64,000 nt of DNA, taken from contig BDGG01000004.1 in NCBI GenBank assembly GCA_001949185.1, positions 1,823,620-1,887,619 on the forward strand. The letters run 5' to 3'. The notes beneath the pieces were generated by a model that saw nothing but the letters and a program-made list of their open reading frames with translations, searched no databases and had not been told where the DNA came from. The translations under genes and the position numbers were made by a program. Numbering within the stretch: the first letter of the stretch is position 1; each line of letters begins with the position of its first letter. Origin of the DNA: Ramazzottius varieornatus (taxonomy: Eukaryota > Animalia > Tardigrada). Shown here piece after piece: positions 45,825-64,000 of the stretch.

Positions 45825-47935
45825 ATGATGGACACAGCTGAGACGCTGCCGCAGATACTTCGACCTTTGCACAACGGATCGTTCATGGACAGGATAGAGT
45901 CACTGAGAGGAAGCAAGGAGAATGACTGGAGCTGGCAGATCCGGAGAAAGTTTATCCAGTTCCACTCGCACCAACAGCCGGATGTGTCACTCGACTTATT
46001 CAACTCGTATTCGTGGACGCTGATAAACACAAAAACTCTGGGCTGCAGGTAGGAGAGAAATTGCACAAACCAGAGTTTGAAACTACCCATATGTCAGAAA
46101 TTGATGTCCTTAACACTAGCATTCTTGCCTTAACTGAAGTCTGTAGAACGCTAACTTAGTTGACGCTGTTGACCGTTCTATCCAGGTATGATACAGAGCA
46201 CATCGCATCGCTCAATGTGATGGCGCTGGATGCTGGAATCGAGGATGATCTTAATTGTGGCGGTCCGACACCCGAGATTGCGCCATATGTGCCTGATGGT
46301 GGCTCGAATCGTCGGGGAAGAGGTGGCCGCCCTTCAAATTCGTCCAGACCACCGAATCAATTTCCGCCTTCAGCCGCTTACGCCGCTGGAGCAAACGCAG
46401 CCATCAAATGCTTTCCTCCTCGTGCTGTTCAACTAGGTCCCCGCCAGAAATCTCACCCAAACGACCCTGGTCCATATCAAGCCGTACGTGTGGCTGTCCT
46501 TCCGCATGTGCCACCAGCTGTGCAGGTGGTTCAGAGTCCTCGAAGGGCCATAACCGTAGCGGAACTGGAGGCCCAAATGATGCAAACTGTTGTTCGTGAG
46601 TAGAATATAGTGTTATGTTCTGTTTTTGGCATGTAGATTTGTGTTTTATTCTTCGGACGTCTTACCGAAAGGCGAAAACCATCTTTCCGGGAAATTGTCA
46701 CTCTTTCCTCACATTACTCTCCTATTTATTCCAGCTTCGCATTTAGTCTAGTCGCCGTTTTTCTCAATAAAACTGATTCCATGACGGTTCATGATATGGT
46801 TAAATTCGCTTACGTCTGTAGGGACTCCTCCGTCGGATCAGGAACGTGCTTTGGTGTTCATCAAAACTCGACCGCAGGACGAAATTATAATAAAGCTTCA
46901 AGGGCATCTGACAGAAAAAGATGCTTCGAGGATGTTCCAGGAAACGGTAGATGCCAACAAGGCCTTCGAATATCTGTGTGTAGAAGAAGCTTGTTTGCCG
47001 GAACGAAACCGACAAAATACTCACGAGTAAGCTGGTCCTTGAGAGTTGAAGTCGAGACATAAATGCATGGGTCACTTTAAATTACAGCACAGGGATTCAG
47101 AAAAGCGTAATGTTTGGTTCACTCTAGAGTTCTACATGTTTCAGGTCAATCGTGGTTTTCCATAAGTTTCATCTTCTGCGGCGACAAGGAAGCAACGCAA
47201 AAGGGGCAAAGAGCCGCGCCTGCTATGAAGCTTTGCTCATTCTGTCGGAATATTTCTTCACGATCCAGGTAACCGATATTTGAATACCATGAACCTTCCT
47301 GTCTGACCCTTGCGCACCATAGTTTCTTAAGTTGTGCTCTGCGATAGATTTCAGAAGCGGATGCTGCACCTGGTGTCCGCATATCACGAGCGGAATTGAT
47401 GAGCGGAGCAGCCCTCGATATAGTGAGCACGAAGGCGGTGTGTTCCACTGCTTTACAAACCCTCAAAGAAAGTTATGGTTACAAGCTGCTGAAACGGATG
47501 GGTTGGAAGGAAGGTCTTGGACTGGGTGCCAGCGGAAACGGGATTCTGTATCCAGTGTCGACCATGGCCGCTTCGATCATCTACAATACGCGTGGTCGAC
47601 CAGGTCTGGGATACCGAGAGATCAGTGAAGATTGTCTACTCGTCGGGGACCGTTGCGAAGACCTGTGCCAAATGTATTTGACGGACGCCATCTTGTTTCG
47701 CGAAATTACGCTGTCATCGGAGTTCACCATCGCAGAAAGAGAGGTTATCCACAATATTTGCGAAAAGTACAAGCTAAGTCACAGCAGTATTGGGTCTGGA
47801 GAAAACCGTCACGTGATTATTCGAGTCAAGTGGACGATCCAGAAACTCAAGGAAGAACTAGTACGGATGGGAGGGGCAGCTGGTCGATATCGACTTCTTC
47901 CGCCGGGCAGCAACCCGGAAGCGAATTTCCGGTAA
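45825..47935 (+). CDS. NKRF: NF-kappa-B-repressing factor-like protein (XTBD + G-patch + R3H), about 5 exons
   Basis: XRN2-binding-domain pattern IESLRGSKENDWSWQIRRKFI..INTKTLGCR|Y, G-patch GYKLLKRMGWKEGLGLG..GI..RPGLG and R3H EREVIHNICEKYKLSHSSIGSGENRHV. Confidence 0.85.
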
Positions 47936-48709
47936 CTGGGCGGACCCAGGGAATGCCTTCCGAAAGTTATGTCTTACTATTGTAGCCACAGCCTCTGAAG
48001 ACTCCAATAAAGATGTCATAGTATTTGTTTCAGATCTTCCCTCAGCAGAACAATATCGCCTTCCGTTGTTTTTGCACGTTGATCACTCTGATTAACGTCT
48101 GAAGTGATCAGAAATCATGATCGCATGTTTTACCTCTCTTCGTCCCACCGATCCGTTTCTCTTTACCTCGCGTCTTTCCTTGTACTCTTTCCTAATACGT
48201 ACTCGACCCAACTGTGTTTATGATTAAATGGATGGCAGAATCTGCTATTTTGAAGATTCGGATTGGCAAGTCTTGATTAAACCACCACAAAGGCGGAGGA
48301 CCCTGTATGCTTGCTCTACGGTAGAGCAGTAAAGTGGCCGCAACGGTGACCAGCAGTCAAAACGTTGTTCCACACTGTTGAACTTTTTGTTGACGTTTTA
48401 TCACTTCCGTGAGTCTGGCAACTTATCGTCCCCCCGACTCCTCCGTGAATCCGTGATAATACTCGTCTTCGAGGATCCGCTGCTTGGTTGCCGTTTGCAG
48501 ATTGCTCTATGTGAAGGTGATAGACCCTGCACTGCTTGACGAAAGGGATCTCAACGAAGACGAAAGGAGATTTCGTCGGTCGTCAACTTCTGTTACTTGT
48601 ATGGCACACCGTGAAGGCCGGACCTACACCATGTGTTCAGCTTCCTGACTTACACGTTGACGTTAGACTTGAACGTACTGCCTGCCAGAGCTGACATTAG
48701 CGTCGCATC

Positions 48710-51700
48710 ATGGCATCAAGGTACTGTACGACAAGATCGTCAACTTTGCTACTTCGGCCATATCGTCCCATGTTCTATCTTTCGATCGTAGGCTGGATCG
48801 TCTGTTTGCGTTACTGGAGACGGGATCGAACGCAGGGACACGGCGCGCAGCAGCTATCCAGCTGGGCGAAATTCAAAAGTTGCATACACACGAATTCAAG
48901 ACGCTGATTACGAGAGTAAGTCCCCTTGTGCTCCGCCCGCTTCGTCCGCCTGAAGTTTCCATGTATTGCACTCTGAACAGATTCTGCCGCTGTTTCGGAG
49001 CTTGTCATGGGAAACGCGCGTTGCAGCCGGACAAGCTTTGGCAGCAGTTGCGGAGAACGCACCGTCGTGGTGTCCGAAACCAGCACCAGATGAAGGTACG
49101 GAACCAATCAGGCAAAACTGATTGTTGACTGGGCCTCCTGAATGCAGTCCAATAACTCGCATTCTAGTGACTGGTCACTGGTCACTGGTCACTGGTCACT
49201 GTGTACAAGTATTTGGTGTTTGTCTTGACCGTTTGTGGGGTCAAAAATTATTCTGAATGTTTTAGTTGGCTCGCTAGAGGACTCAGAAGTTGCCTTGGGA
49301 AAAATGCGCTTTGATGGTTTCGACATAGAGCGCATGATCGCCGAAGAAGTTCAGCTTCTGGGTTCCGAAGGAACTGAATACGACTGTGCAAACCAAGGTA
49401 AAACTTTGCCTGTAATTTCTTTGGTGTTTTTCATGAGATTGTCAACAGAAAAGCTTGTAGAATACCGGCTCGTGCAGATCTCGTCATTTTCCAGGTAACT
49501 TGGACCTTCAGGCTAAGCGAGCAGCGCTGAACGAGCAACTAGGCTTTGGAGGCTTTGCGGGAAAAGCTTTTCTTAGCGAGTTTGGCAACGAACTTATTGA
49601 GGACGAGGATCTAGCGTCGCAGCCATCGTCGTTGTCTGGACCTAGCGGGAACCCGAATGCCGAAGCGCTGAGGCAACTTTGGTCCAGTGGTCCTTCCATG
49701 AGTGTCCGCGAAAAGAATCGCTTGAAGAGAAAGCTGAAAACGGGCCTTAGCCGTACCCATTCGATCGAAGAGAAATCAGCGTAAGAAATCTTTCGGCCTA
49801 CGCCAGGTAATTTGCTACCTTCTGTTTTAGCAACCGCGTCCTTCGTTATTTCAGCGATACAAACTCCAGCAATTGCACCTCAAAAAAGCTACGGATTGTT
49901 GAAGAAAATGAAACGTCGGCCGACGAATCACCGATAAAAACCAAACCTTCAGAGTCTTCTGGGGATTCAACAAGCGAACAAGTAAGACGTTTCCGAATTT
50001 AGTCGCAGCTTGCTAACAGATGTATTGTCTTTCAGGCATCTGAATGGCCATTAGCGAAAGTCCTGGAGGATTTCAACACGGTAGACTTACTTATACAGGT
50101 TTTCCTGTGTTGTGAACAGCTTTAAGTTTTGTGTCCTTAGGATCTCTTTCACAGCGACTGGAGGATTCGCCATGGCGCAGCGACCGGAGTGCGGGAAGTG
50201 GTACGAGTAGACGGAGGCAATGCCGGGAAAAGCACTGGCCTGACCGAAAACCAGGTAAAACATTGACTTTTGTTCAGATCGAAGAACGGTAGACCAAGTA
50301 GTCGTACTGTACAGAAATGTGTTTACAGATGCGTTTGGCGAATTGGCGATGGTTAGAAGATACTTCGTTGAGACTGATTTGTGTGTTGTCGAAGGACCGC
50401 TTCGGTGACTTCGTTTCGGGCTACGAAGTAGTGGCACCGGTTCGTGAGAGCTGCGCACAGGCACTTGGGGCTGTTCTACGCTGGGCTTCGCAAGACATGG
50501 TGGAACGTCTTTCCGAGTTTTTACTGCACCTAATGGGTCAGAAAGAATGGCAAGCGCGACATGGCGGATTGCTAGGAGTAAAATATCTACTGATGGTCAG
50601 AAAGGTTCGCCGTCCGCCAGTCGCACAGTGTGGGCCGTAATCTTGATTTCCTACTTTTGTTTTTTAATGCTCTTCTGTGTGTGCACAGGACAGGATCGAA
50701 GCAACCTTACCGAAAGTTTTCTCATCGATCCTCCATAGCCTGAAAGACCCAGTCGATGATGTTTGCGCCGTGGCAGCCGCGACCTTAGAAGCCGTGGTGA
50801 ACGACTTTCTCAGGCTGATGCCTAATGAAGTACCCCGCCTGCTGTCCTTGCTGTGGGATGGTCTGCTAGAGTTTGACGAACTGACGTCATGGACCAACAG
50901 CTTTATGAGTCTGTTGTCAACCATTGTCATAAAGTCCAGCTCCGAGATGGCATCACTTGGTCAGAAGCCGCTTAGTCAGCTCTTGCCACGCCTGTGGTCC
51001 TTTTTGGACCACTCGTCCGAGCGTATCCGATCCACCGTCCTCCAGACTGTGCAAACCCTTATTGACAGCACCAGGAATTTTGATGGCGACAGATGCTGGG
51101 ATGATGTACTGTCCGACTTGATGAGGCGTCTGTATCAGCGGGTCATTTTGGAAGATAAATCCAGCGTACATGAAAACCTCTTCGCGGTAAACTAATCTTG
51201 AACATGTTTTTTTTTCTTTTTTCTTGCCGAGAATCTCGGATTAAGATTGCCGGTGCTCAGCTGTGATACTTTTAGCTGTGGAAGGTTTGCCTAGAAGTAT
51301 CATCGCTTTCACTGCTGTCCAAGCTCTTCTTCGCTTCATCCACCACCTGGCTTTGTCTTGCAATGCAAGCTCCGTCTATTCCCATCGACCCCGCCATCTT
51401 CGGCGTATCTTCTAGTTCGGACCATCATGTCGGCGTAAGGCTGGGTACATCCGAACGCGGTACGCTGATGACTTTTGACAAACTCAATTTTGATCGCATT
51501 TTCCAAACAGGACTGTGGGATTTCAGGGATCTTTCTGGGCGGAAGTGACGTGGTTGACTCGGCCACTCGAGACATGGCCGTCATCCAGACAAGACGGTTG
51601 GCTACAATGTGCTTGGGCCACTTCTTCCGAACACTGCTCAGTAAAAGAGAAGTTCTTCAAACGATCGACAAACAAGCTGTATTGGGCGAGAGTATCCAGT

Positions 51701-54700
51701 CGCTGCTGCAGTACCACCTAAAGTCCAAGTCAGCGGTGCAAAAGTTCGTGGCTGCTTTGACTGTAAAGGAAATGCGGAGCTATCCCGTCGCCGTTGCTTC
51801 TTCGATGGTATCAGCTTCATTTGTACGATAGTATATTGATCGTGATTTGACATCCAGTTCTGTGTTCTTTTTTAGGAAGCGGTAAACGCAGTTACGAGCT
51901 CGGCAACGCCTTTCTTGGCTGCATGTTTAGACGAGAATTATCCTTATGACGAACTCGCACCTTCCATTACCGCCATGCATTTAGCATGTACCGCTCTAGT
52001 TCAGGAACTAAACGTCGGCGGTCTACTGCTCGACGCTTCTTACCTCAGGTAAGAATCTGATCGCAGGTCGTTGTTCCCAAGTACCGTCCGAACAATAGGT
52101 GAAGTGGAAAACCCCATCAGAAAGTTCAGATTGTATTGTGTTTAAAATTTTGTTACGTTGATCTAGACCGGTATTGTCCCTGTCGCAATGTCAGACCCTG
52201 GTGTCCAAAGTGTTTGAGGAAGTGTCGAAAGGACACAAAAGCCCAAATGGCACGGTAATTGCGCTAAGTCAGAAGAGAAATGAGGCTGTCGCGGCGGTTC
52301 GCGAAGCGTCTTCGGAATACAACCGAACGACCACACGAGTGAAGTCGGCAGTGGCATCCGCTTTGGTCGAACTAGACTACCAACCATCAAAGTTGGCGCC
52401 GATTGTGCGACCTTTGATGGACACACTCAAATCTGACGAGAACAACGTTTTACAGGTAAAAAAGTTTCAAACTACACCGCAACATATTATGAGCGTGATC
52501 ATGGGCAAAACTGGTTTTGTCTGCTGTAGGGCGTGGCCGCAGTGACGTTGGCCACTCTGATGCACAGAATTTGTGATACTGCTCAACCCACTTGTGAAAA
52601 GATTGTAAAGAACCTGTGTTCCTATGTTTGCTGCGACACAAGTCAAACGCCACTGGTGGACTGTCCTCTTTCAAGCATCTGTGATGAAGCCTTAGCGAAC
52701 GAAGAAGAAGGTCTTCTGGACGTGCATATTGGCATCCTCTCACTTCATGTACCGTTTGAAGATTCAAGCTTATTTTTCTACTCAAAGGTCTGTTTCAAAC
52801 TGATCTGTGCTTTCTAGGATGGCTCAAAGGTGGCAAACGGTCGTACTGCGACGAATGGTTCCCGGAAAGCTGTTGCGGATAACGAACCCGAAGCTGCTGA
52901 GGCAATTCTCGCCCAACGTCAGGGTGGAGAAATTGGTTTGTCGAAGATTTGTCGGATATTCGGCGAGGGACTTCATGAAAAGCTGCCTCAATTGACAACC
53001 GATCGCGTACTTGGACCATTAATGTCCATTTCAAACTCCGACACATCCACACAAATCGCACAAAACATTGTTTACGCATTTCACGTTCTCGACGAGATCG
53101 TTCCGTACGTTCATACGACTGTTCTTGACACCCTTGTCGACACTCTACTTTCCTGTGACGTGCTTTCCGATGGTATAAACCATTCTTTTACCGCTGTACG
53201 GCACATGGCAGCTAGGGTATTGGCTACTCTCTGCTTGGCCGAAAGTACACGTGGGCAGAGTCTGGACAGTCAGAAGGCCACAAGGTTCCTGGTGGAGAAA
53301 GTCGTGCCGATGTTACAAGATGGCGCAAAAGTGTCGGCAAAGAAGCAGGGGGCGATGGAGACCATCGGGTGTGTCATTGACAGTTTAGGCATGAAAGTGA
53401 TTCCGTTGATCGGGGTCCTGACCGTGCCGGTGATGAGAAGAATGACGGACCAGCAAACCAGCGTTAGGTTAATGGCTAGTCAATGCTTTGGAACGCTCGT
53501 CCGCCTATTGCCTCTTGCTAGCGCATCAAGTGGTGCCTCGGAGATGCCGGGGTGGATGAAGCAGCGAGAAGAGGACGCTGAGTTTCTGGAGCAGTTGCTG
53601 GATGCAAAGAAGATGCGCGAGTGTGTCGTACCGGTACCCATCGAGGCCCAGCTACGCTCGTATCAACAGGTTAGCGCTTAAGTATACGAAATTTTCCTGA
53701 TAAACCTAGCTGTAATGCTTTGTCTATTTTGCAGGATGGACTGAACTGGTTGGATTTCCTGAACCGGTATGGCTTACACGGAATCCTCTGTGATGATATG
53801 GGCTTGGGAAAGACGCTGCAGACCATCTGCATCATAGCTTGTGATCATTACAGAAAAGCCGGGCGGAAGGAACAGGTTAGAAGACCCCATGCAGCTCTTG
53901 TGTATTTGGCTAATGCGGTGGGCCTTGATTTGCAGAATGGAGGCTCTCCGGTGATCTCGTTGGTTATCTGCCCTTCGACACTGATCGGGCATTGGGCAAA
54001 AGAAGTTATCAGGTTTGTTCAGAGGGAGCATCTCCGACCCTTGGCTTACGAAGGTAGCCCAGCTGAGCGTCAAAGGTATGTTCCTTTGGGTTATGGGTAC
54101 AGATTGATCGTAAGTTTGAGCTTGTGCCGTAGGTTGAGGAAAGTGGTGAAGGATTACTCGCTGATGGTATCCAGTTACGAAGTCGTCAAGAATGATGTCG
54201 AATTCTTCCGGAGTGTCCGCTGGAACTATTGCGTTCTCGATGAGGGACATGTGATACGCAACAACAAGACGAAGACCTTCCAGTCCATCAAGCAATTGTC
54301 GTGCGAACATCGCTTGATTCTTTCCGGCACACCGGTCCAGAACAATGTCCAAGACGTACGTGGCCAAACTCTGCCCTCTTTGCCAACTCCGAGTGTTGTT
54401 ATGAAGTATTTTGATTTTGATTGTTCTGTGTAGTTGTGGGCATTGTTCGACTTCCTCATGCCGGGTTTACTCGGGACGGAGAGAAAGTTTGCCGCGAAGT
54501 TTGGAAAGCCTATCGATGCCAGTAAGGACGCCAAGGCCACATCTAAAGAGATCGAAGAAGGTGCTTTGGCAATGGAGGCACTCCATAAGCAAGTAAGCGC
54601 AAGTCACAGTCGGCTCTCTACAACTATGTGGCGTATACTGAAATCTTTCACTTAGGTCTTGCCATTTATTCTTCGTCGACTGAAGTCTGATGTCCTGAAA

Positions 54701-56035
54701 GACCTTCCACCGAAAATTATCCAAGATTATTACTGCGAACTCAGTCCGTTGCAGTTGCGTCTTTACGAAGACTTTGCCAAAAGCAAAGCGCAAAGGGAGG
54801 TTTTCAACTCTCTGCTGGGTGCGAACGGCACCTCGCCTTCTTCGGGCCACGTTTTCCAGGTAAGTTCGTTCTTGTTTCACTGTCGTTTCCTTGGATGACC
54901 TGTGAGCCGATGGTTTTCTTCTCTAGGCTTTCCAATATCTGCGAAAAGTATGTAACCATCCCGCGTTGGTGCTCGACAACCGGCATCCGCAGTACGCTGA
55001 AATTACGCGCGACCTGCAACGGAGTAATTCTTCGTTGATGGACATCAACAACGCCGCTAAGTTCATGGCGCTGCAACAGCTCCTATTGGACTGTGGTATC
55101 GGTGTTCCGGCAGGTGAATCAGCAGACGATACTGTGGTGAACCCACATCGCGCGTTGATCTTCTGCCAACTGACGACGGTTCTCAACATGATCGAGCAGC
55201 AACTCTTCAGGTGAAACATTTCACGAGTTACTTTTCTTTACGACAGCCATCTCGTTTAATGTAAAGTCGCGTTTTCAGGATTCACATGCCGACAGTGTCC
55301 TTCCTCAAGCTGGATGGAAGCGTTCCTATACGAGAACGACAAGGCATTGTCGACCGGTAATAAGAGTAAATATTTTTGTCTTGTACGACTAGCTCAAGTT
55401 TAACCTGAACTCTAATGCAGACCTAAGAGAGACGAGAAATCGGTTTGATAATCCTAGGTTTAATGCTGATCCGACCATTGATGTGCTACTGCTGACCACG
55501 TCCATCGGTGGACTTGGTCTCAACTTGACCGGTGCGGATACAGTCATATTCGTCGAGCACGACTGGAATCCCGCCAAAGATATTCAAGCTATGGACCGAG
55601 CTCATCGAATTGGCCAGAAGCGTGTTGTCAACGTCTACCGTCTTATTACGCGTGGTACATTGGAGGAGAAGATCATGGGGTAAACTTGTTCATGTTCGGT
55701 TACAAAACTACAAAACTAGTGTGACAGTGTTTGTTTCCGGGTCTATTAGGCTGCAAAAGTTCAAGTTGCATGTGGCGAACTCAATCATTACCCAGGAGAA
55801 CAGCGCATTACAGTCGATGGGGACCGAACAGATCGTGGATCTCTTCTCGCTCGACCATGCTGGTGGTGGAGAAAAGGGAACGGCACAAAGCGCGAAGAAG
55901 GTCCCGGCGAACGTTCCCGGTGTTCCGAAGAATGTGCGAGCAGCGTTAGAGAACTTGGAGGAGCTGTGGGACTCGTCCCAGTATGACACAGAATATGATA
56001 TTAACCGCTTTATGGACTCTCTGAAGAAAACTTGA
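48710..56035 (+). CDS. BTAF1: TATA-binding protein-associated factor 172 (Mot1 SNF2 ATPase), multi-exon
   Basis: Motifs [87 protein letters not shown] and [22 protein letters not shown]. Confidence 0.97.
49170..49200. repeat. 7-bp tandem repeat (ACTGGTC), about 4.5 copies, in a BTAF1 intron
   Basis: Directly visible. Confidence 0.85.
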
Positions 56036-56574
56036 CCGCTTCTAGTTCTTAGTCAGTATAATCTTCGGTGCGTTACACTTTTCTACCTCACCTCACTTTA
56101 GGTTCACGCTCCTCTCGTTTTCCTATGGGATAATTCACGTCTTTCACATTGATTTTATAATAATTTTTATTAGATTAATTTCCGCCCTTCAGGATAACTT
56201 ATCCAGATTTCATTCTCCGTCGGTTTCTGACGATTTTTGACTTATATTGTCATTTTGAACTGTGCAGGGACGCTGAGCAGAGCAGAAGCTCGTTAAGCGA
56301 ACTCACTAGATAAATCTTTTACAGAAGGGATGACTTTACTGCACAGTCCATTTCAGAAATAATTAAGTACTGACCATAACTATGCACGTCGCTCCGCAAT
56401 ATACATAGTAGTTACCTGAAGTCAAATCCAAACTTTTCCGCGTAACATAGCATAAACATCACAGCTTAATGGCCTGGCCAGACAACTCCGTGTCGAACAA
56501 AATCATAAACTCTCAAACCAAAACACTTGATTCAACTGAAAAACAAAACCGCACGTCCCTACCCCCGTCACTCA

Positions 56575-63226
<6,652 letters not shown>

Positions 63227-64000
63227 CTGAAGATATAAAATAAACAGCGCGTTACAAACGGGCGATTGTATGCATATTACTCACGTGGTATAACAGTCAC
63301 TGCCAAGTGCAGGAAGGTATTTCCAAGAGCCCTCATTCACGCCGGAAGGAACACAAAATATAACAACGCCTTTTGACTCGATTATGTGATTTATGTCCGT
63401 GGAATGTACCGAATCAAGTCTTGATGATAAATAACGACCCTACAATATTCTATCCGATGTAAGTTGCCCGTAATATTCATTAAAATAGCCTTTGCTCAAT
63501 TAGAATAACGATCGCCGTTTCATCAACATAAAATATGACCTCGCCATACTTCTGCAAACACGCTGGCGTGCGCGAGCACAGGATTTGACAAAGTGGATCG
63601 GCGGAGTGCGAGCTTGACGTACCTTAGAATTAACGATCATTAGCATAATTTTCATAACAAACTGAAAGCAGTTCAGCGCACTAAATGTCTCTAAATCTTA
63701 CTCCAGGTTTTGGTACTTTCTTGGTCTCGGAGCTGTGATCCATGATTCTTCTTAAAGGCGAGCGGTAAACAGGTTACACGGAGTATGGGTAGAGTCGTAG
63801 AGATGATCAACGTCGGGGAGATAGGAAGACGATCTCATACTGGAGTATCCATCCAAGGACGACGTCAATTGTACAAGAGTCTCGAGATTTCTCCGGAAGG
63901 TGCAGTGTTCACTGATTGCCGTAAGGAAAACTTTGTTACGATCAACCGTTAAGATAACAAGATTACGATGCCTCAACAAGTGGTTCTTCCACCAACAAGT

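Overview
This is gene-dense animal (invertebrate) genomic DNA with roughly balanced GC and mostly 55-90 nt introns. The style would fit a compact genome such as a tardigrade, but that is inference only. Genes from left to right: the 5' part of perlecan (-, running off the left edge), PUSL1-like pseudouridine synthase (-), RER1 (+), SLC35F6 (+), an unannotated 3-exon single-pass membrane protein with a PxIxIT motif (-), NECAP (+), UBE2J2 (-), an intronless divergent GNPNAT1-like gene (+), a P5B-ATPase (-), a ~5 kb transposon island, NKRF-like (+), BTAF1 (+) and a diaphanous formin (-). Transposons that can be bounded to the base: (1) two near-identical, oppositely oriented 1-kb non-autonomous elements with AAT target duplications, one with a 207-bp MITE inside its TIR; (2) a full-length but inactivated 3.17-kb PIF/Harbinger-group element with an ATT duplication; (3) its 271-bp deletion derivative; (4) a 129-bp mini-MITE; (5) a 789-bp MITE with a 9-bp duplication in a formin intron. 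An ORF1-only LINE-like relic is also present, but its 5' end is unresolved. The best candidates for something undescribed are the orphan putative calcineurin-anchoring membrane protein, the unusual perlecan architecture, the AWT-target transposon family and an apparent junction between two ancestral linkage groups at the transposon island. All identifications come from reading motifs by eye; no database searches were run.
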